From a virus (lineage: Duplodnaviria > Heunggongvirae > Uroviricota > Caudoviricetes), in the IMG/VR virus record IMGVR_UViG_3300008085_000025, positions 46,839 to 110,838 of that record: 64,000 bases of DNA. One strand, 5' to 3'. The notes below the pieces were generated by a model. It saw only the letters and a program-made list of their open reading frames with translations. It was not told the origin of the DNA and did not search any database. Positions 18,882 through 28,143 of the stretch are shown one piece after another. How positions within the stretch are numbered: position 1 is the first letter of the stretch; the number at the start of each line of letters is the position of its first letter. The position numbers and the translations under genes were made by a program.

Positions 18882-20762
18882 ATGACTATCGATATCGAGA
18901 AAACGATTCAAGATTTACAAAAATTCGACGAGGCTTACTATAAGGGTTCACCCCTGATCCCCGATGACCAATACGACGCACTTCGTAGGAGAGCCGAGGA
19001 AATTTCTCCAGAACATGAGTATTTCAAAAAAGCCCCCCACGTTAAAGAAACATCGTTGGAGAAAGTACATCTCCCATACTCTATGGGAAGTTTAAATCAG
19101 GTCTATGAGGGTGAAGCGTTAAAGTGGGCTGAAAAGTATGATTGTATTCAAAATGATGTTGTAGTCACAGAAAAGCTCGATGGGGCCAGCATTCTTTTGG
19201 TGTACGAAAGCAACGGGAGGGGCAAGGCCGAACTGTCCAAAGCGTTCACGCGGGGTGATGGTGTTCTGGGCCATGACGTTACTCGTCATATTGTAGCTAT
19301 CGTCGATATTCCCAAAACCGTCGGTTGTGACTATCTGGCGGTTCGGGCGGAAATAATAATGCGCCGTTCGGTATTTGACGCCAAATATAAAAGAAAGTAC
19401 AAGAATCCTAGAAACTTAGTTGCAGGTTTTCTTAATAGAAACGAAACTAATCTGGAAATGGTGCAAGATGTTGATCTTGTCGCCTACGAGATTATCGATG
19501 TTTCCGGAGTTAGTAACGTATTTACGAAAGAAGAAACCGTAAACCATTTGAAGCAGATGGATTTCACTGTGGCTCGTCACGAGAAAATGAAAGGATGTGA
19601 CCTGACCGACGAAAAACTTGCAAACACGTTGGCCGAATTCAAGAGAACCGGCGTGTATGAACTAGACGGAGTAGTGGTAACAGTCAATGACTATTCTAAT
19701 TTCAAGGAAACCTCTGATTCAGATTCATTGAACCCGGAACACTCTGTGAAGTTTAAGGTACAAACACTGTTTGAAGAAGTAGAGGTAAAAGAAGTTATCT
19801 GGAAACTTTCTAAGTCTAACTTTTTTAAACCTAGAATCAAGTTTGAAGAAGTTGAGTTAGACGGGGCCACTATAACCTACGCCACGGGGCACAACGCAAG
19901 ATTTATTCGTGACAATGGGATTGGTAGTGGTGCCAAAATTAAAATCACTCGCGCCGGTAGTGTTATCCCGTATGTGATGGGGGTAACGAGACCCGTTCAC
20001 CCCGACATGCCACCCAAAGGCACGTGGAGTTGGGATGAAAACGGGGTTGAAGCTGTCTCTAAGGAAGAAATCTCTTCCCAGCGTACTTTGATGGAGACCG
20101 TTCACTTTTTTAAGACTCTCGGTGTTGATAACGTACAAGAAACTTCTATTGAAAAATTAATAGAACATCAAGGATGGAGTGAAAAAATCTTCGACGATTT
20201 GGTAGTATCAATTATAGAGTTATGGGATGAAGAGTGGAGACAAGCGTTGGGAGAAAATGGGAAAAAGGCGTTTCTGAGTTTACATACTATTCTCTCTAGT
20301 GTAAAACCTGAAGTGGTAATGGGATCACTCCCTTATTTTGGAAGAGGGTTCGGGGTTCGAAAAGCGAAGAAGGTTTTGGGACAAATGACCCTAGAAGAGT
20401 TCAAAAACGCTACATTCGAAGATATCGAGAAACTAGAAGGGTTTAATTCTACATGTGAAAGCATCTATGATGGATTAAGCCGCTTCAATATATTTTTGGA
20501 TAGAACCAAGGACTACATAACTTTCACAAAAAAGTCGGTGACCGAGCAAAGTATGGGTGGTCAAACTATAGTGATGACAGGATTTAGGGATAACGAATTG
20601 AAAGAAAAAATCGAGGAGCGCGGTGGAAAGGTCACGACTTCTGTTTCTAAGAATACAACTATGGTTCTTACCAAAAGCGTTAAGTCTTCTAGCTCTAAAG
20701 TGAAGAAAGCTAAAGAATTGGGTATTCCTGTGGTCGATGTTGCTGATTTTGATGTTATCTGA
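18882..20762 (+). CDS. ligA: NAD+-dependent DNA ligase (LigA-type)
   Basis: KLDGAS adenylation motif (KxDG), LigA N-terminal Ia-like region, C-terminal BRCT-like GQTIVMTGF... Confidence 0.9.
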   Translation: MTIDIEKTIQDLQKFDEAYYKGSPLIPDDQYDALRRRAEEISPEHEYFKKAPHVKETSLEKVHLPYSMGSLNQVYEGEALKWAEKYDCIQNDVVVTEKLDGASILLVYESNGRGKAELSKAFTRGDGVLGHDVTRHIVAIVDIPKTVGCDYLAVRAEIIMRRSVFDAKYKRKYKNPRNLVAGFLNRNETNLEMVQDVDLVAYEIIDVSGVSNVFTKEETVNHLKQMDFTVARHEKMKGCDLTDEKLANTLAEFKRTGVYELDGVVVTVNDYSNFKETSDSDSLNPEHSVKFKVQTLFEEVEVKEVIWKLSKSNFFKPRIKFEEVELDGATITYATGHNARFIRDNGIGSGAKIKITRAGSVIPYVMGVTRPVHPDMPPKGTWSWDENGVEAVSKEEISSQRTLMETVHFFKTLGVDNVQETSIEKLIEHQGWSEKIFDDLVVSIIELWDEEWRQALGENGKKAFLSLHTILSSVKPEVVMGSLPYFGRGFGVRKAKKVLGQMTLEEFKNATFEDIEKLEGFNSTCESIYDGLSRFNIFLDRTKDYITFTKKSVTEQSMGGQTIVMTGFRDNELKEKIEERGGKVTTSVSKNTTMVLTKSVKSSSSKVKKAKELGIPVVDVADFDVI

Positions 20763-20814
20763 TAGCGCGTGTTCTAAATAGAACAAACGATTCTTTTAAT
20801 AAAGGAAACAATGC

Positions 20815-21519
20815 ATGTCAAATAAAGCAATTGACGAAAGATTCGAGGATGGTTCTTCTTTTAGGATTGATCCACCAAAAATTAAGCATTACGTACAAAG
20901 CTTGCAATTAAATGTTCACCACTTTTATCTGTCTGGAGAGATAGAGGATGATATTAACAAGTATTCAGACCTACTCAATGTGTTAAAAACCGCTAATGAA
21001 GAGGATACTATAGTAATTTACATCAACAGTGAAGGCGGTTCTCTTAGAATGGCAATACAGATTGTGAACTCTATGGTCGCATCTAGAGCCAAAGTGATTA
21101 CTTCTTTAGACGGAGATGCCCATTCTGCAGCGACTTTGATTTTTTTATCTGGGGAAGAGTATATCATCAATCCGAATTGTTCTTTTATGATACACAACTA
21201 TTCTGGCGGTTTTGCAATCGGAAAGGGGCATGAAATTAGAACGAGAGTAGAGCATGTAAACGGCTATGTGGAAAAAATAATGAGAAAGTTTTATGAGAAA
21301 ATTCTTACAGAAGAAGAGATCGACCATGTAGTTGATGGTCGAGATATCTGGATGGATTCCGACCAGCTTATTGCTCGTTTAGAAGCTGGAGAGAAGAATT
21401 CTTTACTTGAGACAGAAGACATTACTCCCAAAACCCCCTTGGATGGTAAATTGGTATCCAGTGGAAGAAAAAAAACTACTAAGAAAAAGACTAAAATAAA
21501 ATTGTCCGAAGATACTTGA
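20815..21519 (+). CDS. ClpP-family (S14) serine peptidase
   Basis: IVIYINSEGGSLRMAIQIVNSM / GDAHSAATLIFLSG (Ser) / MIHNY (His) align with ClpP catalytic blocks. Confidence 0.8.
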   Translation: MSNKAIDERFEDGSSFRIDPPKIKHYVQSLQLNVHHFYLSGEIEDDINKYSDLLNVLKTANEEDTIVIYINSEGGSLRMAIQIVNSMVASRAKVITSLDGDAHSAATLIFLSGEEYIINPNCSFMIHNYSGGFAIGKGHEIRTRVEHVNGYVEKIMRKFYEKILTEEEIDHVVDGRDIWMDSDQLIARLEAGEKNSLLETEDITPKTPLDGKLVSSGRKKTTKKKTKIKLSEDT

Positions 21520-21528
21520 CGGGTTGGA

Positions 21529-21536
21529 TATAAATA
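21529..21536 (+). promoter_or_regulatory. T4-type late promoter motif TATAAATA upstream of ssrA
   Basis: Exact TATAAATA about 10 nt before the tmRNA acceptor piece. Confidence 0.45.
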
Positions 21537-21544
21537 GGTATAAT

Positions 21545-21935
21545 AATAAGCATTCGTTGAGACGAGACTGAAAGCGAACGACACGCGGGTTCGACTCCCG
21601 CCGTCTCCAAAAGCGTCTACAAGTGCCAACAGAGGAAGGATAGGGCATCCTCCCGGCGTAGCAAACAAAAAAGCCTTAGACGAGTTGGGTAATGCGTCAG
21701 AAACCCGGTAAATCCGGGAAATGGTGGACGCTTTTGGAGGGGGCGAAACTGGAAATCGACCGGGCGTTATTAGGAATCGAGGAGAATCGTCAACAAAGAC
21801 GCAAAAATGATAGTAAAATAAATGCAGCAAATGACGCTGACTTCGACAGCAACGCTAACGGCTTCGCCCTAGCAGCTTGATCGAATGCGGGTTAGAGCAA
21901 TATCCGTATAACCAAAGCTCAGAAGGGGACAAGCT
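21545..21935 (+). ncRNA. ssrA: tmRNA (ssrA), apparently circularly permuted two-piece form
   Basis: Upstream T-arm GCGGGTTCGACTCCCGC then an acceptor 3' strand CCGUCUCCA(AAA), where a CCA trinucleotide is present only if the acceptor strand is taken as GCCGUCU/discriminator C or CGCCGUC/U, and is followed by AAA under the CGUCUCC/A reading; about 110-nt intervening segment closed by perfect 11-nt inverted repeat CCAAAAGCGTC/GACGCTTTTGG; then GGGGGCGAAACUGGAAAUCGACCGGG (cf. E. coli GGGGCUGAUUCUGGAUUCGACGGG); tag ORF GCA AAT GAC...GCA GCT TGA = ANDADFDSNANGFALAA; terminator soon after. Confidence 0.65.
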
Positions 21936-21957
21936 AACTTGTCCCCTTCTCTATTTT
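21925..21957 (+). terminator. rho-independent terminator of ssrA
   Basis: GGGGACAAG-ctaa-CTTGTCCCC then TTCTCTATTTT. Confidence 0.75.
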
Positions 21958-22009
21958 AATTGTTGCCAGTAGTATTGCAAATACCGTCTCATATCAATAT
22001 AATGATCAA

Positions 22010-23125
22010 ATGGCCAAGACTCTACGGGAAATAAAACAGCAAATTGCTGAAAGACGAAAAAAGCTTGAAGACGAAAACGTTTTAAGCAATATCTCAATTC
22101 GAGATATTGTTGACGCTGTGGTGTCATATGAAGAAATTGATGTGGTGGGATGGAACAAAGTATACTGCCAAGTATGCGGAGACGGTTCCCGAACACAAGG
22201 ACCTAGAGGGGGTTGGAAATTCGACGGAGAAGACTGCTATTACAATTGTTTCAATTGTGGCATAGGGGGAGCATTTACCCCAGAAAACGACATCTTTATG
22301 TCTAAAAACATGAAGGTTATTTTCGAGGCTTTCGGGATACAAAGTAGAGAATATGGAAAGATTCTTTACAGACTTAGAAATTCAAAAGGTAAACATTTTG
22401 TACCCAAGATAAAGTCTAAAGAGGAACAGAGTCGTGAAAAAGCGTTGCAATCTATGACGCAATCCACCATGGAATTTCCAGATTATCTGGTTCCTTTGGT
22501 CAGCGTCCTCGAAGCCCCAATAGGGAAAAAGTGTACGTCACTGTTAAAGGAAAAAGGTATGTCGCCCGATGATTATCCGTTTTTTGTCAGCAGTGGAAAA
22601 ACCGAATCCAAACATCAACAAGATAAAATAAACGCTAAGATTATGGTCAATCGACTGGTAATTCCCATTTATTATAAAGAAAAACTTTTATTGCTTCAAG
22701 GAAGAGACTTGACAGGAAAAAGTAAACGAAAATATATTAATATCGGAGAGATATCAACAACTTTATATGGATTGGACCGCCTGTCTCCTTCGCACGAACA
22801 AATTTATGTGGTTGAAGGGTTCTTTGACGCGTATCATTTAAATGGTGTTGCAACGATAACAAACAAGCTCCATACCACACAACGTGATGTTCTTAATTCC
22901 ATAGATAAGCCCAAGATAATTGTTCCTGACCGAAATGGGGACAGTAACTCTCTGTTGGAGCATGGGGTGGAGCTAGGCTGGGGCTTTAGCGCACCCAAAG
23001 CCCTTGATAATTGCAAAGATGTAACTGAAGCGATAGTTAAATACGGAAAGCTGTTCACTTGTTATCACATACAAAATTCTAAAAAAATTGGAGACGAGGC
23101 AAAGTTTTTTAAAAATTTTGTTTGA
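22010..23125 (+). CDS. 61: DNA primase (T4 gp61-like; Zn-ribbon plus TOPRIM)
   Basis: CQVCGDGSRT...GWKFDGEDCYYNCFNCG and LVIPIYYKEKLLLLQGRDL and YVVEGFFDAYHL parallel the T4 gp61 blocks. Confidence 0.8.
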   Translation: MAKTLREIKQQIAERRKKLEDENVLSNISIRDIVDAVVSYEEIDVVGWNKVYCQVCGDGSRTQGPRGGWKFDGEDCYYNCFNCGIGGAFTPENDIFMSKNMKVIFEAFGIQSREYGKILYRLRNSKGKHFVPKIKSKEEQSREKALQSMTQSTMEFPDYLVPLVSVLEAPIGKKCTSLLKEKGMSPDDYPFFVSSGKTESKHQQDKINAKIMVNRLVIPIYYKEKLLLLQGRDLTGKSKRKYINIGEISTTLYGLDRLSPSHEQIYVVEGFFDAYHLNGVATITNKLHTTQRDVLNSIDKPKIIVPDRNGDSNSLLEHGVELGWGFSAPKALDNCKDVTEAIVKYGKLFTCYHIQNSKKIGDEAKFFKNFV

Positions 23126-23160
23126 GAATACATAAATATGCTTTAGATGGTTTTTAATTA

Positions 23161-23355
23161 GTGGAGTCCTCATTGAGACAAAAATACCAAAAGACTCTTG
23201 ATGAAATAGGAACTAACGCGAGTATGCGATCCAAAGAGACGGACATTCGTGCTCTCGTCGATCTTGCAGAACAAATGAGACGAGAGGGAAATTACAGCGA
23301 AGCTGCAATGTTGGAAATCATCAAAAAGTTTGATGAAAGAATCGCAAAAGTTTAA
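23161..23355 (+). CDS. small hypothetical protein
   Basis: 64-aa ORF. Confidence 0.3.
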   Translation: MESSLRQKYQKTLDEIGTNASMRSKETDIRALVDLAEQMRREGNYSEAAMLEIIKKFDERIAKV

Positions 23356-23561
23356 TTATCGTCTAACCAGAAAAATACAGACCCTTCGATCTAGAGGGAT
23401 TTCTGACGTTTTCGCCGAATACAGAACAACCGACGACCCCCTTACGTTTTCAAGAAATTACAACATTAGTTTGAATGACGATGGAACTGTATTTGACAAA
23501 GACTCCAAAATGAGGTATGATACCCTTTCAGATTGGATTCAATTTTCCAAAAGGAGTTAAA

Positions 23562-23912
23562 ATGAAACATTTTAAAATAGGTTTTGTTCTTTTCTTTTCT
23601 GTTTTAATGACAGGATGCATTGCCTATACCGATGGTTATTATGGTTCTGGGGTTTACGTTAGGGAAACTGTGACCGTAAGGAACGGTCCCGTATATTACG
23701 AGGTTCGCCATGGACCAGCCCCTCGGTATGTCCCAACGTTGGAAGAAGCAAGAAGTGGTCAATGTCGTCCCGGCTACATGTTGATGAGCCAAAGTGGACT
23801 GTGTGAGCACGAACGTATTTATTATGGAGACGTTTTGTCCCCCAGATTCCGGGACTGTTATAGATATTATGATCCCCGATACGCGGGAAATTACAGGTAC
23901 CGCTGTAGATGA
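23562..23912 (+). CDS. Tyr-rich lipoprotein
   Basis: MKHFKIGFVLFFSVLMTGC lipobox after AAAGGAG RBS; ORF track begins at 23517. Confidence 0.6.
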   Translation: MKHFKIGFVLFFSVLMTGCIAYTDGYYGSGVYVRETVTVRNGPVYYEVRHGPAPRYVPTLEEARSGQCRPGYMLMSQSGLCEHERIYYGDVLSPRFRDCYRYYDPRYAGNYRYRCR

Positions 23913-23915
23913 AAA

Positions 23916-23945
23916 ATGGGGTGGCTGAGGCCACCCTTTCACTTT
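23916..23945 (+). terminator. rho-independent terminator
   Basis: GGGGTGGC-tga-GGCCACCC then T-rich. Confidence 0.6.
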
Positions 23946-24295
23946 TCTTCGATGTTGTTTTGTTTTGGGTTTTTGGCTTCCCCTCTTCCTTTAGGAAGAG
24001 GATTCTTGTTTCATAGTCCACTACATTGTTCTCTACAAGAACTTTAGATTTATGTCGGACTCCACAAGCTATTCCCGTATGCCCTACGGTTCTTTTTCTA
24101 CCACTTTTAAGGTAGATATTTACAATATTATTCAGCACTTGGTTCTCGATACTGAAATATTGTAATCGCATTTAGTGAAAATGTCAAGTGGTGAATGTTT
24201 TTTGCTAAATGTTCTTAGAGTTTGTCCCCTCCCTGAAGGAAGGGGGTCTTCTTTGCTTTCTTGATAAATAACCCATATAAAATAATTCGTTATTC

Positions 24296-25957
24296 ATGGT
24301 ATTAAATTCTTCTTCTTCCAAGGCCATTGATTCTTTTTTAGAATATTTTAGGGAAGCAAAGCCCTACCATACAAAACTTTTAGAAGTTGTAGAAAAATAT
24401 AGCTTCTTCGAGGCTATGGATGCAAATTTCATAGAACGGGTCAATAAACGTGTGGTTATTGTCAACGAGCCACTTTGCAAACAGACGGGTTTTGGCCTAG
24501 ATTACGACGATAATTGTGGTTATGATGCTATTGACTGTTGTGATTTATTCGATTGTAACGGTGGATACGGTGTGGTGTTTGATAACTCAGACCTTGTCGC
24601 TTCTGAATTAATCATCGCCCAAAATGCAAAAGAGGAATGGTTTGAAGTAGAGGGTAACCATACTGATGACACAAGATTTAAAATATTAAGCATCCCTTCA
24701 AACAACGAGGTAGTAGTTTCGGGTGATGCTTCTACCATACTTTCAAACCATGCTATCATGTTGGTAGTCAATATGTTGCCGTTCGAGGTCATTTCTAACG
24801 AAGAAAAATTTTTGATTTTGGAAGGAAACCACGAGAATTTTATTTCAAACAAAAACGAGTTCCAGATAACCGGGACCGAAAGTGACTTCAATGGAAAGTA
24901 CGTAGTTCGATCTGCGGCATATGACGCTGACGCCGACCAAACCACTGTAGAGTTCCACTCATTCAAAAGCGTTTCAACAAATGATTTGCAGGGTATAGAT
25001 ATTTATTTCCGGAACAGCGAGCCCAACACGGGTATTTACGAAATAGAAAGTTCAACATTTGATGGAACTAACACTACTATAACCACCAGAGCGGGCTCAG
25101 AGTTTGATTTTACTGATCTTGCCTTGCCTGAATATCAGAAAGGTTCAATTCAATTCAGGACGGCCTTCAAATATTCAAGAGAAATTGATATCGACTTATC
25201 AGAGGGTTCAGAGTTCCATAATATTTTGTATTCTGAATACATACCACCGGGTGAAACAGATCTAAATAAAACACCTAACCGCACTCGAATTTATGTTGAC
25301 GGTAGTTTCGGTGACATCGTGTTGGATGAATTTGGGGAAGTCATAGAGAGTTTGAGTACCTTCTCGTATGTTTCCGGAGTAGACACTTTAAATATGTACG
25401 GTTATTTTTTCAATGGTGGCTATGACGGAAACCCAGAATGTATTCTTCCGAAGGACACACACGTTTATGCTATGTTAGAGGAAAAATTAGTTATACGGGT
25501 GGATGACAGCTTGTTGTCCAGCCCGAGCCCAACACCGAGCCCAACAGCTTCTGCTGCCTTATCGTGGACCGATACGTCCACGGATTGGTCTCCCGAATTT
25601 GATGGGGCCAATGTAACATCGTTGGGTGGCGGTTGCTGGAGAATCGATGATCCTTTGTTCGGATCGGGTGTTGCCCTAACATACGGTTCAACTTTAACCC
25701 CGGTTCACGGAATAAGGTTTACACTCGCCTACGCTGGACCAATCAATCCGATACAAGTAGATATTACTATTACTACCAACGCAGGTTCAATTACAGATAC
25801 TGTGAATATTCCAAATGATGGCATCCCTGTACTATACGAGCTAGACAATACTTCTGGAGTATTCGACGGGGTTTCCAGCTTGGAACCCGCAACTCTCTTA
25901 GTAGAAGGTGTCGGGGACTCTATAGAGTTGTGTACTATTGAAGTCTTGACAGAATAA
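24296..25957 (+). CDS. Putative structural protein with a Ser/Pro/Thr linker
   Basis: 553-aa ORF; SSPSPTPSPTASAAL linker like the one in ORF 53..1669. Confidence 0.55.
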   Translation: MVLNSSSSKAIDSFLEYFREAKPYHTKLLEVVEKYSFFEAMDANFIERVNKRVVIVNEPLCKQTGFGLDYDDNCGYDAIDCCDLFDCNGGYGVVFDNSDLVASELIIAQNAKEEWFEVEGNHTDDTRFKILSIPSNNEVVVSGDASTILSNHAIMLVVNMLPFEVISNEEKFLILEGNHENFISNKNEFQITGTESDFNGKYVVRSAAYDADADQTTVEFHSFKSVSTNDLQGIDIYFRNSEPNTGIYEIESSTFDGTNTTITTRAGSEFDFTDLALPEYQKGSIQFRTAFKYSREIDIDLSEGSEFHNILYSEYIPPGETDLNKTPNRTRIYVDGSFGDIVLDEFGEVIESLSTFSYVSGVDTLNMYGYFFNGGYDGNPECILPKDTHVYAMLEEKLVIRVDDSLLSSPSPTPSPTASAALSWTDTSTDWSPEFDGANVTSLGGGCWRIDDPLFGSGVALTYGSTLTPVHGIRFTLAYAGPINPIQVDITITTNAGSITDTVNIPNDGIPVLYELDNTSGVFDGVSSLEPATLLVEGVGDSIELCTIEVLTE

Positions 25958-26275
25958 TAAGTGTTTGTGGTCGCGTTGATGTAGTAGGTATGTCATCTGT
26001 ACAGAAAACGTTTCTTAAACTTTTACGATGGTTGGTATATCAACATGAAGTTTAATCATATAAAAAGAGCCTGTAAATTTTTCTGTGTAACCACCCTCTC
26101 AAAGATGACGGGTAATCCGGTCATCGAACTGGATGATAAGTTGATTCAGTGCGGCTTTCCAGTCGCGGATCGGCCACCAACTTCTTGACTTTCTCGTTCT
26201 TCATGATTGCTTCCATTGATGCTCTCCTTATTACCTGAGGATCAATGGGCGTCTACACAAACGAATTTACAATCC

Positions 26276-26283
26276 CTATAAAT
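26276..26283 (+). promoter_or_regulatory. T4-type late promoter motif TATAAATA
   Basis: Exact TATAAATA 27 nt upstream of ORF 26310. Confidence 0.5.
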
Positions 26284-26309
26284 AACGAACAGAGTATACA
26301 GATAATAGT

Positions 26310-28070
26310 ATGAATGCCTACAGAGGAAAAGTTTTAGTAGACACTGAATCCGGAAACTTTCAGTTTCACACGATCAATGGACAACAAATATCTATAGAGC
26401 CAGTAGAGCCTTTGCCCGAATTGGGAAAAACCATTGAAGCTCTCATAATCGACGGAGTGGTTCTGGATTGGCAGTATGATCTAACGGATTTGCCGGATTA
26501 CGAGATCAGGCAAATACACATTGCAGTTGGATTTGGGGTTTCAACTGAAGAAGACAATAATTCTAATGCAGTAGAGGCTGCAACGCGTTGGGCGAAACAA
26601 TTAGAAAATGAAGCCCGCCGTGTGGGGAGGGATCGCTGGGAGGTACATGCGTATCCGGCATCTTACGTGGGCGCGGCCTCAGACTTTTATACCGTTAAGT
26701 GGTCAGACCTAGGCGCTGCCTGCCGTTTGGCCAATCCGGACGCCCCTAGTTTTACACACCTGTGTGCCATTTCACAAACATCGTCCAGCACCGTAGGGGT
26801 GTGTGGTCGAGCAGATTTGGGGGGAACGCTTTCGTGGAGCAAATCTACTTGTGTTGGAGCAAAAAATACGCATTTTCATGAGACCGTGGGTCATTCTATC
26901 ATGGCGGTAGAACATTCCGGCACTGGGAACGGTGGAAACCCATACGGTGAGGGTGATACTATAATGGGAAACGGCGGTGATAGAATATTTGCTGATTTTA
27001 ATACTCCACATTTGTACCATGGGGGTTTGATAGAAGAAAACAACGTAAGATACTTGGTTCCGGGAGAATCAATAGATACTTATTTGGTGCAGGGCTCCGA
27101 CGACCCTCTCAGCTTAAAATTGGGAGAAAACAAGGCGATTTTATGTCATGTGGCCAACACTGGACTCACTCGCCGCTTGATGGTTTCTTTTTTTAATGGA
27201 ACTGTGCGTGTCCATGAGCCCGGACACAGGATGACCACTAATTTTCTACGATCTGGACTTTTACGAACTTTTAGGGCTGCGAATTTGGAGGGAACATTTT
27301 CTGGGGTCAGGGTCAGAGTACTAGAATTGAAAAACGATTGTGCAAGAGTACAAGTGTTCAACCAAACCACGACTGAACCCGAAACCGCAAGAATCCCCGA
27401 AAGGGGGAGACCCGACCCAGCCACTTCTCCGCAAATAGGGGATTGGGCAAGGGGACAGTGGGGGAACAGAAAATGGTCTGTGCAGGGGGTGCATGTCGGA
27501 TTTAATGATAGTGGGAAATTGGTTTTACATTGGTTAACATGGGACAGATACGAAATTGATTCACATGCTTGGTATTGGGCAGTATGCGATATTTCCAACG
27601 ACGGAAGATTAGCCCAAGGTACGTTAATAACGGCTGATAAGTATGGAAGACCGGAAGAAGTGGGAGATATAGAAGTTTTTTGGTATTCTGAAGAACAAGG
27701 AATTGCAAGAGGAACATTCAATCATGGACTGAGATTCGCCATGCCGTTTACTCGTGTGTTTGCTGCTAATCCATCATACATCGCAGGATATTATGGAATA
27801 GGTAATGGCGAGGGTCTAACTATATCGACCGGTTCTAACGGACGCATGTTATGTTATTGGTTAGGACACAACAATAACGACAAATTATGGCACATGCTGC
27901 AAGGAAATGGTGGTGAATTAGACATTTATAAAGTTGAAGGTGGTCAGTTTTCTGTGAAGTCCGATTTTACTGTAGAGAAAATCGGTACTGCGACTGTGTC
28001 AAACAACACGGTAACTTTTAATCTAGACGGAAAGGAACCTGATGAACGTAGTTTACGAAGACTAGCCTAA
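26310..28070 (+). CDS. Large late protein, paralog 1 (conserved FHETVGHS motif)
   Basis: 586 aa; shares with the next ORF the blocks GKTIEAL, DWQYDLT.LP, CGRADL.G, THxHET.GHS, GQWGN..WSVQGVHVGF, W.AVCD, GYYGIGN.EG.TIS, LRRL. Confidence 0.6.
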   Translation: MNAYRGKVLVDTESGNFQFHTINGQQISIEPVEPLPELGKTIEALIIDGVVLDWQYDLTDLPDYEIRQIHIAVGFGVSTEEDNNSNAVEAATRWAKQLENEARRVGRDRWEVHAYPASYVGAASDFYTVKWSDLGAACRLANPDAPSFTHLCAISQTSSSTVGVCGRADLGGTLSWSKSTCVGAKNTHFHETVGHSIMAVEHSGTGNGGNPYGEGDTIMGNGGDRIFADFNTPHLYHGGLIEENNVRYLVPGESIDTYLVQGSDDPLSLKLGENKAILCHVANTGLTRRLMVSFFNGTVRVHEPGHRMTTNFLRSGLLRTFRAANLEGTFSGVRVRVLELKNDCARVQVFNQTTTEPETARIPERGRPDPATSPQIGDWARGQWGNRKWSVQGVHVGFNDSGKLVLHWLTWDRYEIDSHAWYWAVCDISNDGRLAQGTLITADKYGRPEEVGDIEVFWYSEEQGIARGTFNHGLRFAMPFTRVFAANPSYIAGYYGIGNGEGLTISTGSNGRMLCYWLGHNNNDKLWHMLQGNGGELDIYKVEGGQFSVKSDFTVEKIGTATVSNNTVTFNLDGKEPDERSLRRLA

Positions 28071-28143
28071 TTATTTGGTATGAACCATCAAGTGAAAAGA
28101 AAATTAGATACAATTAGAAATTAAATGATAAAAGGAAAGAAAA

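Noticed and set aside
21291-21830. 179-aa and 81-aa minus-strand ORFs over the ssrA region
   Set aside because: Overlap the ClpP-like gene end and the structured tmRNA; no RBS; artefacts
21692-21880. 62-aa plus-strand ORF ending ...ANDADFDSNANGFALAA
   Set aside because: This is the tmRNA tag reading frame extended upstream by the ORF finder, not a protein gene
26870-26890. HETVGH read as a zincin HExxH active site in the tandem paralogs
   Set aside because: Spacing is H-E-x-x-x-H, one residue longer than the helical HExxH; kept only as a conserved motif of unknown meaning
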